In this document: positions 53,227-62,609 of the stretch, one piece after another
Position numbering within the stretch: the stretch's first letter is position 1
How the letters are laid out: each line of letters begins with the position of its first letter
Assembly: GCA_963717145.1 (NCBI GenBank)
Contig: OY970325.1
Location: forward strand, 2,464,001 to 2,528,000
DNA: 64,000 bases
DNA from: an uncultured Armatimonadetes bacterium
GTDB lineage: Bacteria > Armatimonadota > UBA5829 > DTJY01
Reading direction: 5' to 3'
Program-made: the position numbers and the translations under genes
Notes under the pieces: model-generated
The model's input: only the letters and a program-made list of their open reading frames with translations
Told to the model about the DNA's origin: nothing
Database searches by the model: none

Positions 53227-54903
53227 CTACATCCTCTCAGGTGCGCTGATTCCGAGGAGTCGCAGATTGTTCGCCAGAACCGTCCTCGTCGAGTCTGCGA
53301 GCACCAGTCGCGCATCGGTCAACGCTTTGTCATCAGTGATGACACGGCACTCGGTGTAGAAGCTGTGGAAGACCGACGCCAGGTCCTGCGCGTACCGGGT
53401 CAGCTTGTGCGGCTCGTATGCCTGTCCCGCCTCCAGGATCACGTCCGGGAAGTCGCCAAGTTTCTTCATGAGGTCGATCTCGCCATCGTGAGTCAGAAGC
53501 GACAGATCGGCCTCTCGGGCACTCGGAACTCGTACGCCGTCCTCCTCGACTGCCTTCCGAAGAATGCTGCAGATCCGCGCGTGGGCGTACTGGACGTAAT
53601 AGACCGGGTTCTCGTTCGTCTGAGACTTCGCCAACTCGAGGTCGAAATCGAGCCCGCTGTCGGTGCTCCTCATCAGGAAGAAGAACCGCGCGGCATCCTT
53701 TCCGACCTCATCGATCAACTCGGAGAGGAGAACGACATCGCCCGCGCGCTTGGACATCATGACGAGTTCGCCGCCCGAATACAGACGCACGACCTGGAAG
53801 ATGATGATCTCGACTTTGCCGGCATCGTATCCGAGTGCGGCAATCGCGGCCTTGGTCCGGGCGATGTACCCGTGGTGATCCGGACCCCAGACGTCGATGA
53901 CCTTGTCGAATCCCCGGTCGAGTTTGTCGGCGTGATACGCGGCGTCGGCGGCGATATAGGTCGGCTGGCCGTTGCTTCGGACCAGCGTGCGGTCCTTATC
54001 GTCGCCAAATTCGGTGGATTTCAGCCAGAGCGCATCGGCCTTCTCATAGGCGTAGCCCCGCTTCTTGAGCCGCTCGATGGATTCCTGAACCTTCCCGCCG
54101 TCGTGCAGGGTCTGCTCGGAGTACCAGACATCGAACTTGATACCGAACTTCTCGAGGTCCTCCTTCTGCTGATCGAGCATCATCTTCTCGCCAAGATCGG
54201 TGAACGCCCGGACGCGTTCGTCCTCGGGCATGGAGACGAACTTGTCGCCGTTTTCCGCCACGATCTCTTTGGCGATATCGGTTATGTACTCGCCCCTATA
54301 AGCGTCCTCGGGCATCGGGTAGTCCTCGCCGAGTTCCTGCATGTACCGGGCATTGAGCGACCTGCCGAAGTTCTGCATCTGGAGGCTCGTCCGCGCGTCG
54401 TTGATGTATGACTCGCGGGTGACCTCGTAGCCGAGCGACTCGCACATGTTGGCGATGACGTCGCCGGTCGCGCCGCCGCGTCCATGAGCGATGTGGATCG
54501 GCCCATTGGGATTCGCGCTGACGAACTCGACCTGGACCTTGAGTCCCTTGCCGATTTCGGATCGGCCGTACGATTCACCCTGGTCGGCAATCCTGAGAAG
54601 AATGTCGTTGAGCCACGTCGGCTTGAGGTGGAAGTTAATGTACCCCGCGCCTGCGACTTCGGCCCGTTCGATGATACCATCGGCCTTGGGAAGCCGTGCG
54701 ATGATCCTCTCCGCCAACTGGCGTGGAGCGATGCCGACCTCCCGTGCCATCACCATGGCGATGTTGGTCGCATAGTCGCCAAATGCCTTGCCTTTCGGCG
54801 GCTCGAGTGCTATCTCAGGAAGCTGGTCGTACTGAATCTCGCCGGCGTCCCTGGCTTCCTGGAGCGCCTGCTCGATGGCGGCTGCAAGTTTGTCCCGAAT
54901 CAT
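53227..54903 (-). CDS. argS: Arginine-tRNA ligase
   Basis: VEFVSANPNGPIHIAH, MSKRAG, NPVYYVQYAHARI, GISAPERM. Confidence 0.98.
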   Translation of the reverse strand: MIRDKLAAAIEQALQEARDAGEIQYDQLPEIALEPPKGKAFGDYATNIAMVMAREVGIAPRQLAERIIARLPKADGIIERAEVAGAGYINFHLKPTWLNDILLRIADQGESYGRSEIGKGLKVQVEFVSANPNGPIHIAHGRGGATGDVIANMCESLGYEVTRESYINDARTSLQMQNFGRSLNARYMQELGEDYPMPEDAYRGEYITDIAKEIVAENGDKFVSMPEDERVRAFTDLGEKMMLDQQKEDLEKFGIKFDVWYSEQTLHDGGKVQESIERLKKRGYAYEKADALWLKSTEFGDDKDRTLVRSNGQPTYIAADAAYHADKLDRGFDKVIDVWGPDHHGYIARTKAAIAALGYDAGKVEIIIFQVVRLYSGGELVMMSKRAGDVVLLSELIDEVGKDAARFFFLMRSTDSGLDFDLELAKSQTNENPVYYVQYAHARICSILRKAVEEDGVRVPSAREADLSLLTHDGEIDLMKKLGDFPDVILEAGQAYEPHKLTRYAQDLASVFHSFYTECRVITDDKALTDARLVLADSTRTVLANNLRLLGISAPERM

Positions 54904-54911
54904 GATCTCTC

Positions 54912-55136
54912 CTAGCCCTTATTCTGTTCCTCGTGCGCACAAACGTTCAACTCGTCCACGATCGCACCGACATCGACGCCGTGCATCGATGCGCCCTCTT
55001 CGATCGTCTCCGCCGATGATATGAGACAGACCGCACAGCCCATTCCGTGCGCGGCGAAGATCTCGGGGGCGCGAGGACAGAGTTCCATCGCTTCTTCGAT
55101 CTTCATTTCCTTTGTGATTTTACAGGCGGTTTCCAT
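54912..55136 (-). CDS. DUF1858 domain protein
   Basis: ITKEMKI...GMGCAVC...ETIEEGA..HG. Confidence 0.85.
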   Translation of the reverse strand: METACKITKEMKIEEAMELCPRAPEIFAAHGMGCAVCLISSAETIEEGASMHGVDVGAIVDELNVCAHEEQNKG

Positions 55137-55168
55137 TTCTCATTCCTCCACATTCGTCAGACCCGGGT

Positions 55169-55238
55169 CGGGTAGTGGCCGTGCCTCAGTGCCGGCCTTC
55201 CGCCTCACTGGCCGGCACTGAGGCACGGCCACTACCCG
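55169..55238. repeat. GTAG-type REPIN copy 4
   Basis: Perfect 29-bp arms, CTCAG/CTGAG variant. Confidence 0.9.
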
Positions 55239-55239
55239 C

Positions 55240-56397
55240 TCAAAACACCACCGGCAGCACCGAGTGAAGCAGCTCCCCAATGCTCATCATAACTGCCGCG
55301 CCGAGCATCACCTGGGGCATTCCCGTATTCCAGAACCGCCGCCATCCCGTCACATGGTAGGCGGGGTTCTCCCTGTATCTCGCGAGCAGGCTCTCACCCG
55401 CTCGGATCCCGCTCATCAACTGCCCCGGACTCGCCGGCTTGGTGGTCACATAATTCTGGACATACGCGCCGATGCTGCGCCACGCAAAGATCATGACGAA
55501 GATCGTCACCATTGCCACGATCTCCGTTCCGAACGCCTGGGCAATCAGCAGGAACAGCACCACCGCCGCTACTATGTTCGTGCCGCACCTGGGATGCACC
55601 CTCGGCATCCTCGCGACGGTATCCGGCTTGAGCGGCTCCCCATGCTCGATGGCGTGTACGACCTGGTGCTCGGCGGCATGATATCCCGACAACGGCGCCA
55701 GTCTCAGCAGCAAAAGAAACAGCGGGACGGACATGCCGAACATGATCGTGCGCGCGGTATCCATCCAACCCACCGGATTGAACCCGGTCCAGTTCAGAGC
55801 CGCCCAGAGGCGGATGCCGGTCGCATGCTCGATCGCCCAGGCCAGGCCGGCTATCAGGCCGATCGCCAGGTAGTTCAACATCATCAGCGAGACGCCCGCC
55901 AGAAACAGTCCGAAATCGCCCGCGCCGGCGCGGATATGGCCGGTGGTCAGATATACCCCCAGCGGTGTCGCCATTCCCGCGATCGAAGGCGGCCGAATGC
56001 TCATGGTGAGCGCACCCGCGACATCCGAGCGAGTCACAACTCCGAGATAGCGGCCGTACTCATCGATGATCGGAAGCACTCCTACCCCGTGTTCGTCCAT
56101 GACCGCCGCAGTCTGGCCCACGGACATGCGCGAGCTGCCATAGACGACTTCACGCGTCATCACCGATTCGACCGCCGCTGTCGCGGCATCAGGATCCCCG
56201 TCGCGCTTCACGAGGGCCGACAGAATGCCCGCCTCGCCGACCGTGCCGACCAGTCTGCCCGCATCGAGGACGGGCAGTTCGGTCACGCCTGAGACCCTCA
56301 GGGACTCGGCGGCTCGGGCGACGGTGTCGGTCGCGGCGACGGGCGCCACGATCTTGAGAATATTCAGAATCGGCCCATCTCGCATATCTCGGTCCAA
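55240..56397 (-). CDS. CBS-pair plus DUF1385-like membrane protein
   Basis: Two CBS motifs, then YHAAEHQVVH, HPRCGTN, TTKP. Confidence 0.85.
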   Translation of the reverse strand: MDRDMRDGPILNILKIVAPVAATDTVARAAESLRVSGVTELPVLDAGRLVGTVGEAGILSALVKRDGDPDAATAAVESVMTREVVYGSSRMSVGQTAAVMDEHGVGVLPIIDEYGRYLGVVTRSDVAGALTMSIRPPSIAGMATPLGVYLTTGHIRAGAGDFGLFLAGVSLMMLNYLAIGLIAGLAWAIEHATGIRLWAALNWTGFNPVGWMDTARTIMFGMSVPLFLLLLRLAPLSGYHAAEHQVVHAIEHGEPLKPDTVARMPRVHPRCGTNIVAAVVLFLLIAQAFGTEIVAMVTIFVMIFAWRSIGAYVQNYVTTKPASPGQLMSGIRAGESLLARYRENPAYHVTGWRRFWNTGMPQVMLGAAVMMSIGELLHSVLPVVF

Positions 56398-56401
56398 ACC
56401 C

Positions 56402-56431
56402 TTGCAGAACCTGCCCGATGTGTGCTATTAT
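56402..56431 (+). promoter_or_regulatory. Probable rpmB promoter
   Basis: TTGCAG-18 nt-TATTAT with TG extension. Confidence 0.6.
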
Positions 56432-56455
56432 GAAGTGTTGTGCGTCTCAACATCC

Positions 56456-56519
56456 GTAGTGGCCGTGCCTCAGTGCCGGCCAGTAACGTGATTGGCCGGC
56501 ACTGAGGCACGGCCACTAC
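56456..56519. repeat. GTAG-type REPIN copy 5, in the rpmB leader
   Basis: Perfect 27-bp arms, CTCAG/CTGAG variant. Confidence 0.9.
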
Positions 56520-56559
56520 ACAAGGTTTTCCTACCGATCAGCAGGAGGTTTACTCGATA

Positions 56560-56778
56560 ATGGCACGAACTTGTGATGTCTGCGGCAAAGGCCCGCAGTT
56601 CGGTCAGAATATCCGTCACCAGCACTCCGGATCGTGGGCATTGCGCGCCCCCAAGACCAAGCGCAGATGGAATCCCAACCTGCAGACCGTCCGCGTCGCC
56701 AATGGCAAGACCAGCACGCGACAGATGTCAGTCTGCGCCAAGTGCCTCAAGGCCGGCAAGGTCGTCAAGGCCACTTAG
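56560..56778 (+). CDS. rpmB: 50S ribosomal protein L28 (zinc-binding type)
   Basis: CDVCGK, TKRRWNPNLQ, CAKCLK; AGGAGG RBS. Confidence 0.97.
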   Translation: MARTCDVCGKGPQFGQNIRHQHSGSWALRAPKTKRRWNPNLQTVRVANGKTSTRQMSVCAKCLKAGKVVKAT

Positions 56779-56789
56779 CCGAAAAAAGC

Positions 56790-56862
56790 GAAGTCAGAAG
56801 TCAGAAGTCAGGAGTCAGAATGGATTCCGCTTCTTCTGACTTCTGGCTTCTGACTCCTGACT
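56790..56862. repeat. Heptamer tandem repeats (GAAGTCA) in inverted arrangement between convergent genes
   Basis: Four GAAGTCA-like units then four TTCTGAC-like units. Confidence 0.85.
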
Positions 56863-56873
56863 ACCGGATTATA

Positions 56874-58166
56874 CTATAATCCCCCTGTTTTCGCAACCCA
56901 TTCCGGGATCGCATCCGCCGTCTGCAGAGCCGCCGCACCGCCCTGCGCGAGTGCACTGAAAAGCCTCTCGACCTCACCATCCATGAAGTCCCGCTCCGCG
57001 TATGACTCCGGCTTCCCGATGACCGCCACTCGCTTCCCCTGCTCCATCGCACGAACCGCCAGGCGCAGGTTCGAGACATTCCCCGAGCCGAAAGGAACCT
57101 CCGCCACCACTATGACATCGGCGGCCGAGATGAAGTTCCAGTTCGCCGATTCCGCCGCCTCCGAGACCGGCGAGAACGGCGCATCCTCGACGTACTCGAT
57201 GCCGAGCGACTCCGCCGCCTCCTGATCCGAGTCGCCGAGGTTGATGACCCCAGCGGTCACCTCGCATCCCGACTCCAGTAGGTGCGTGAACACCGGCAGA
57301 CCGCTTCCCCCGCCGCAGATGACGTGCGCCTTCAGCCTCGGACGGTCGCTTGCCTCGGCAAACCGCGCCGAAAACGCCCGGCTGCCTGTGGAGAGGATAT
57401 ACGGCCTCCCGGACGTGGGATGCTTCCGCACCCAGACCGACGTGCCGTAGACGCAGCCCACGTTGTTGGCGGTGATGACATCCTCGGGCGGGCCGTCGGC
57501 ATAGAGTCGCCCATCCTTGACCATCAGGAGGCGACTGCAGAACTCGGCGGCGAGATTGAGGTCGTGCAGGACGACGATGACCGTCTTGCCGTTAGCGGTG
57601 TTCTCCCGTCTGAGAAGGTCCAGTATCTCCACTTGATAGCTGAGATCGAGGTGCGCGGTCGGCTCGTCGAGGAGCAGGATGTCGGTCTGCTGGGCGAGTG
57701 CTCGGGCGATGATCGCGCGCTGACGCTCTCCGCCGCTCAGTTCCACGATCCTGCGGTCGGCATACTGCAGCAGGTTCGTGCGCTTGAGCGCGTCGGCGGC
57801 AAAGTCGAGGTCGGACCGCTTCTCCAGTTCGAACCGCCCGAGATGCGGCGCCCGGCCCATGAGGACGACTTCCAGCACTGTGAACTCGAAGGCGACCGGG
57901 CTGTCCTGCGGCACGACGGCGACCATTCGGGCGAGATCACGCCCGCGGATCGTGGATATATCGCGCCCATTGAGGGAGACCGTGCCGCTCGCGGGTCGGA
58001 GCGCGCCGACCATCGTCTTGAGGAGCGTGGACTTGCCCGACCCATTCGGCCCGACGATGCCGACGAATTCACCGGCGTTGATGTGGAAGCCGATGTCCCG
58101 AAGGACATCGGCTGAATCATAGGCTACGCAGATTCCGTTCAGTTCGAAAAGCTTCGACATACTCAT
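56874..58166 (-). CDS. Cobalamin/Fe-siderophore ABC ATPase (FepC/BtuD-like) with C-terminal extension
   Basis: GPNGSGKST, LSGGERQR, LLDEPTAHLD, VLHDLNLA; extra HVICGGGSG domain. Confidence 0.92.
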   Translation of the reverse strand: MSMSKLFELNGICVAYDSADVLRDIGFHINAGEFVGIVGPNGSGKSTLLKTMVGALRPASGTVSLNGRDISTIRGRDLARMVAVVPQDSPVAFEFTVLEVVLMGRAPHLGRFELEKRSDLDFAADALKRTNLLQYADRRIVELSGGERQRAIIARALAQQTDILLLDEPTAHLDLSYQVEILDLLRRENTANGKTVIVVLHDLNLAAEFCSRLLMVKDGRLYADGPPEDVITANNVGCVYGTSVWVRKHPTSGRPYILSTGSRAFSARFAEASDRPRLKAHVICGGGSGLPVFTHLLESGCEVTAGVINLGDSDQEAAESLGIEYVEDAPFSPVSEAAESANWNFISAADVIVVAEVPFGSGNVSNLRLAVRAMEQGKRVAVIGKPESYAERDFMDGEVERLFSALAQGGAAALQTADAIPEWVAKTGGL

Positions 58167-58242
58167 CAGGCCGCCGAGGGATCCGGCGCTGCAGGACGTT
58201 CAAGCAGCCCGATGATAGCACAGCCGAGCGTGGGCGGGCAAA

Positions 58243-59709
58243 TCACTGTGGCGGGCTCGGCCCTATTGTCACAGTCACAGTTTCCTGTGGCTCAGGGCGA
58301 CGCTTGCGGTTCACGTACCATTCGGGGTCTGTACCGAATCCCGTCAGGATCACCGCTCCGAAGCCGATCAGGGTCAGCACGAACACCGCCAGGCCCCCCG
58401 CGAACGGCACCAGTTCCACGAGGGCCATTATGAGTATGCCCAGGGCCGCCGCCAGGATGCCGTTTGCGATCGGCCTGTTCACCGCATCCCCGACTTTTCG
58501 TCCCACTGCAAGGCCGACCGCGATCCGGGCGAACGCCCAGGCGATCACAACGAGCAGCGCCTCGACCGCAATCAAGGGTATCCCTATGCACGATACCAGC
58601 AGCAGCAGGGCGATCGGCAGGATCAGCACGGCCGCCACGACTCCGTAGAGCATCGAAGGCCCGGGCCGGTCGAGTACGGTCTCGGCCACCATGTTGGCGC
58701 GCACGGGGAACAGCGCGACCACCAGCACGGCCAGGACTATGAACAGCAGCCCCTTGAACAGGGAGATCAGCCCGCCTATGAGCGCGAAGTGCTCCCAGCC
58801 GTCAAAACTCCATCCCTTGAAGCTGCCGAAGAAGGGGAGCCTGATGCTCTGGGTATCGCCGCCGATGTACCCGTCGCCCTCCTTGACAACTCGCCCGCCG
58901 ACAGCCACCGCGTCACCATCGATGCGGCCTCCGGGCATGACAGTGACGTTCCCCATCACCGCCACAGCATCGCCTGTGACGTGACCGTGAACTACAACGC
59001 CTCCCATCACGGAAACGGCGTCGCTGACCGTCTCACCTTTGCGGACGACGACTGGGCCGCTCACCTCGACCTTCTCGGAACCTCTTGAACCGGCCTCCGC
59101 GCTCTCCGGTTCGTTGACCGAGAGCGACACCGGCCCCTCGACTATTCCTCCGGCCCCTCGCGTATCGAGAACGCGGACTGCGATAACGTTCGGCTGTCCG
59201 AAGCGAATCGCATCGCCTGGGATCCGGTAGGAACGGCGGATGTCGGAACTCGCTTGCGCGGTCGTGGTCGTCTGCCCGATGGGGGTTCCGTTCAGGTACG
59301 CCCAGTCCATGTCGTCAATCCGACCAAGGTTGAGGTACAGCACCTTGCCTTTGAGGGTAACCGGAATCACGACAGACTTCTGATACCATGCATAGCCGCT
59401 GTAGGGCACCTTCAGATCATCGTCCTTCCAGGCAGGATTGGCCTCAGCGAAACCCTGATCCTCCCAACTGCCGGGTACACTGATCTTCTTCCACGTCGCG
59501 TAGTCGTGCCCAGGCTTCTGCCAGCCGAGTTTCTGGCCACTGTCCGTCGGGTCGGTCTGGAACTTCCAGTCGCCCGACAAGTCAATCCTCTCCGACACGA
59601 TGTTCATCTCACCGGTCCGTACCTCCGCGCGGGCCGTCGTGCAGACAGCGCACAGGGCGACGGTCAGCACTATCAAAGCTCTGGTAACTATCGTTTTCAT
59701 CTTCGACAA
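58243..59709 (-). CDS. Membrane protein: GH2-type sugar-binding domain, beta-helical repeats, multi-TM C-terminus
   Basis: Signal peptide; IDLSGDWKF, VPGSWE, GYAWY, GRIDD, NVIAVRV; (GD)AVAVGG repeats; about five TM helices. Confidence 0.75.
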   Translation of the reverse strand: MSKMKTIVTRALIVLTVALCAVCTTARAEVRTGEMNIVSERIDLSGDWKFQTDPTDSGQKLGWQKPGHDYATWKKISVPGSWEDQGFAEANPAWKDDDLKVPYSGYAWYQKSVVIPVTLKGKVLYLNLGRIDDMDWAYLNGTPIGQTTTTAQASSDIRRSYRIPGDAIRFGQPNVIAVRVLDTRGAGGIVEGPVSLSVNEPESAEAGSRGSEKVEVSGPVVVRKGETVSDAVSVMGGVVVHGHVTGDAVAVMGNVTVMPGGRIDGDAVAVGGRVVKEGDGYIGGDTQSIRLPFFGSFKGWSFDGWEHFALIGGLISLFKGLLFIVLAVLVVALFPVRANMVAETVLDRPGPSMLYGVVAAVLILPIALLLLVSCIGIPLIAVEALLVVIAWAFARIAVGLAVGRKVGDAVNRPIANGILAAALGILIMALVELVPFAGGLAVFVLTLIGFGAVILTGFGTDPEWYVNRKRRPEPQETVTVTIGPSPPQ

Positions 59710-59730
59710 ACCTCCGGATTCAGAGATAGC

Positions 59731-60315
59731 TCAACAAAACATCGCAGACGTCCTGGTCACCCTCCGACGTCCGAAGAAGATCATGAGGACCGCCACCAGG
59801 AACAGCGCGTCGAACGCGAGAAACGCCAGGATGGCTGGAGATGCGTCGGCGACCAGCCGCATCGAAAGCTCCATCAGCGAGAGCGCGTTTCGAGCCACGA
59901 TTCCAAGCACGGCCCAAGCCGTCTTCGCATAGCCGATCGCGCCTACTACAATGCGGTCCACTGACCACGACGCCATCCAGCCGTAGAGCGCGAACCCGAG
60001 CGCGGATAGAATCACGAGGCCCGCAAGCCAGGATGCGCCGAGCCATGCGAGGACGGGCCTCGGGTAGCGCACTCCGGCGGCATGCCTCGACGCGGGGTGG
60101 GCATCCGGCAGCCGAGCCATCACCGCCCCGACAATATCAACGACAGGCAGATCGTCTCGCCCCTCATCGATAATGCGGCACATCTCCGACATGCCCGCCT
60201 GCCACTCGCGGCAAGCCGTGCACTCCTGCGCGTGCCGGGCAGCTTCCGATGCAAGCGGATGGGTTTCGCCATCCAGAACCCCGTTCAGGATCTCTCGTGC
60301 CTTGTCGCAGTTCAT
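59731..60315 (-). CDS. Zinc-binding anti-sigma factor (zf-HC2)
   Basis: C...LDGE...HAQECTAC, two TM helices; overlaps sigma stop. Confidence 0.88.
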   Translation of the reverse strand: MNCDKAREILNGVLDGETHPLASEAARHAQECTACREWQAGMSEMCRIIDEGRDDLPVVDIVGAVMARLPDAHPASRHAAGVRYPRPVLAWLGASWLAGLVILSALGFALYGWMASWSVDRIVVGAIGYAKTAWAVLGIVARNALSLMELSMRLVADASPAILAFLAFDALFLVAVLMIFFGRRRVTRTSAMFC

Positions 60316-60875
60316 ATCGACACCTCAACTCCTGCCAATCGCCGCCTGAGCCTCTCCCTGGCGAGGTGGAGATCGGACTTCACCGTGCCCTGCGGCCTTC
60401 CGGTCGCCTCGCTGATCTCCCTGATGCTCAGGCCATTGAAGTGAAACATCACCAAAGCCGCACGATGGTTCTCCGGCAGCTCGAGGACAGCCTGATTCAG
60501 TCGTCTGCTCGTGTCGCTCTGAAGCGCCACCTGCTCCGGCGACTGAGCGTCGGATGCCAGTTCGCTCGCGCCGGATTCATCATCGTCGATCGAATCGGCC
60601 CGGCGCAGAGCGCGCCGCCTCAGGGAATCAAGGCAGGCGTTCCGAGCTATGCGGAACACCCACGTGAGGAACTGAGCATCCTGCCTGAACGACTCCAGAG
60701 CATGGTAAGCCTTCACGAAGCTCTCCTGGGCAGCGTCGGCCGCGTCATCGGCATTGCCGAGCATGCGGTAACACAGGCTGTAGACCTGGCGCTGGTACTT
60801 CCGCACCAACAAGTCAAAGCCCGCGTTGTCGCCCGCGAGGCATCTCTGTACAAGCTCGGCATCGGATGGTCCCAA
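60312..60875 (-). CDS. ECF sigma factor (SigW/RpoE-like)
   Basis: DAELVQR, DAAQESFVKAY, TWVFRIARN, GTVKSDLHLAR. Confidence 0.96.
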   Translation of the reverse strand: MGPSDAELVQRCLAGDNAGFDLLVRKYQRQVYSLCYRMLGNADDAADAAQESFVKAYHALESFRQDAQFLTWVFRIARNACLDSLRRRALRRADSIDDDESGASELASDAQSPEQVALQSDTSRRLNQAVLELPENHRAALVMFHFNGLSIREISEATGRPQGTVKSDLHLARERLRRRLAGVEVSI

Positions 60876-60909
60876 TCCTCCAGCCTCTCTTCACTGCGCC
60901 TTCACAGGT

Positions 60910-60937
60910 ATTACGGACGAGGATCAGACGTGGTTGA
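60910..60937 (-). promoter_or_regulatory. Putative autoregulatory ECF promoter
   Basis: TCAACC-16 nt-CGTAAT, matching the AAC/CGT pattern of ECF promoters. Confidence 0.6.
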
Positions 60938-60969
60938 GGGTATTTTCGACGGGGAGGATGCAGCGACCT

Positions 60970-61034
60970 TGGAGTGGTGGAGCAATGGAGTATTGGGGAA
61001 TTGGGCGGCGAACCCAGTACTCCAACACTCCATT
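60970..61034. repeat. Octamer repeats (TGGAGTAT-like) in inverted arrangement after trpS
   Basis: TGGAGTGG TGGAGCAA TGGAGTAT TGGGGAAT ... CCAGTACT CCAACACT CCA. Confidence 0.75.
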
Positions 61035-61036
61035 CG

Positions 61037-62026
61037 CTAGAAGTAGTTGAGGTGCATGGCCTCGCGGACCTCGGACATCGTCTTCGCGCCTTCCTGACGG
61101 GCGCGCTCGGTGCCGGAGCGGAGGATATCCTCGACCAGATCGGGATTATCTTCATACTTCGCACGACGCTCGCGCATCGGTTGGAGCAGCGTATTGAGCG
61201 CGGCAGAGAGGCGCTTCTTGCAGTCGACGCAGCCGATCTCCGCGGTTTCGCACGCCGGACGAAGCTCGGCGACGAAGTCGGGGTTGAAGACCTTGTGATA
61301 CTCGAAGACGGTGCAGACATCCGGGTGACCGAGATCGGTCCGACGCTGCCTGGCCGGATCGGTGATCGCCATGCTGATCTTCTGAGCAACCTCCGCCTCG
61401 GAATCGCTGAGGTAAATGCAGTTGCCGATGCTCTTGCTCATCTTGGCATTTCCGTCAGTCCCGACGAGCCGCCCAACCTCACCGACGAGGGCCTCGGGCT
61501 CGACGAGCACCGGCTTGTACAACTCGTTGAACCGCCGGGCGATCTTGCGCGCGAACTCGACGTGCGGGACCTGGTCCGCGCCCACCGGCACGAGGTTCGC
61601 CTTACAGAACGTGATATCCGCGGCCTGGCTCACTGGATAGCCGAGGAATCCATAGGTCATGTCCTCGTAGCCATACTGCTTGGCCTCGGTCTTGATAGTG
61701 GGATTGTGGCGCAGGACGTTCACCGTGATGAACATCGAGTAGAAGATGGTCAGTTCGGCGATCTGGGGGACCATCGACTGGACGAAGATCGTGCACTTCT
61801 CCGGCTCCAGTCCGACGGCAAGGTAGTCCGTCGCCACCTGCCTGACATCGTCCGGAAGCCGCTCGGGCGACTCGAAGTTGGTCGTCAGCGCCTGAACGTC
61901 CGCGATGATGATGAAAGTGTCGTACTCGTGCTGGAGCCTGACTCGATTGGCGAGCGAGCCCACGTAGTGCCCCAGATGCAGTTTGCCTGTCGGTCGGTCG
62001 CCGGTCAGGATTCTTCCTTTGGTCAT
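61037..62026 (-). CDS. trpS: Tryptophan-tRNA ligase
   Basis: TGDRPTGKLHLGHY, YPVSQAADI, KMSKS; true start MTKGRIL. Confidence 0.98.
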   Translation of the reverse strand: MTKGRILTGDRPTGKLHLGHYVGSLANRVRLQHEYDTFIIIADVQALTTNFESPERLPDDVRQVATDYLAVGLEPEKCTIFVQSMVPQIAELTIFYSMFITVNVLRHNPTIKTEAKQYGYEDMTYGFLGYPVSQAADITFCKANLVPVGADQVPHVEFARKIARRFNELYKPVLVEPEALVGEVGRLVGTDGNAKMSKSIGNCIYLSDSEAEVAQKISMAITDPARQRRTDLGHPDVCTVFEYHKVFNPDFVAELRPACETAEIGCVDCKKRLSAALNTLLQPMRERRAKYEDNPDLVEDILRSGTERARQEGAKTMSEVREAMHLNYF

Positions 62027-62268
62027 GGTGCAGACTGCCTCAGTGCCTGCCTGGGACTCATCCTGTTCTTCTTGGCAGACAGAATATGGCGCAATGCCCG
62101 AGGCTTCTCCACCCACAGCGCATACTCCTCATCAGAGAACCCAAGGAACTCCGCCAGCGAGCGACCGTCATCCGACTTGTGCCACAACTCCACATATTGG
62201 TCTATATCTTTTGGATCTGCCTGTCCCTCGAAACACAGATCAACGAAAGTTTTTTCGTGCTCAGACAT
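62023..62268 (-). CDS. 81-aa hypothetical protein, candidate immunity/antitoxin
   Basis: Overlaps the toxin stop by 8 nt and the trpS start (ATGA); acidic core IDQYVELWH...LAEFLGFSDEEY. Confidence 0.7.
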   Translation of the reverse strand: MSEHEKTFVDLCFEGQADPKDIDQYVELWHKSDDGRSLAEFLGFSDEEYALWVEKPRALRHILSAKKNRMSPRQALRQSAP

Positions 62269-62491
62269 TCAGCATCCGTCCTCTCACAGGCCCCTTGACA
62301 AGCTTACCAGTTACAGCGTCCAAGCTGCCCAGGTGAAACCCCCGCTTGTTGAACGCTTCAATCTCACCGTGAAGTGAGTCCCAGGTGTAGAGTCTCTCGC
62401 CATCGGGTGATCTCCATACCTTCCGACGATTTCGTACTGTGCTATCGAGGTTATCTAGGAAACCAGGACGTGGTCTCGTCTTGCCAGCCAA
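62261..62491 (-). CDS. Stand-alone colicin E3-like ribonuclease domain (76 aa)
   Basis: RLYTWDSLHGEIEAFNKRGFHLGSLDAVTG resembles colicin E3 KIYEWDSQHGELEGY...HLGSFDPKTG; TTG start after GGGAG. Confidence 0.85.
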   Translation of the reverse strand: MAGKTRPRPGFLDNLDSTVRNRRKVWRSPDGERLYTWDSLHGEIEAFNKRGFHLGSLDAVTGKLVKGPVRGRMLNV

Positions 62492-62531
62492 CGCAGACTC
62501 CCCATGTGAGTATCGGTCGTGCTCTTCCATC

Positions 62532-62540
62532 ATTATAACA
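62532..62540 (-). promoter_or_regulatory. Extended -10 promoter upstream of the toxin gene
   Basis: TGTTATAAT, 40 nt upstream of the start codon. Confidence 0.6.
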
Positions 62541-62609
62541 TGATGCAGCCTGAGAAGAAAAGACTGGCCCATGCAGGCGACGATGGCTAAGAGCCCATAC
62601 CGATCAGTT

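Noticed and set aside
58167-58242. Cobalamin riboswitch before the ABC ATPase
   Set aside because: Spacer too short and no B12 box seen
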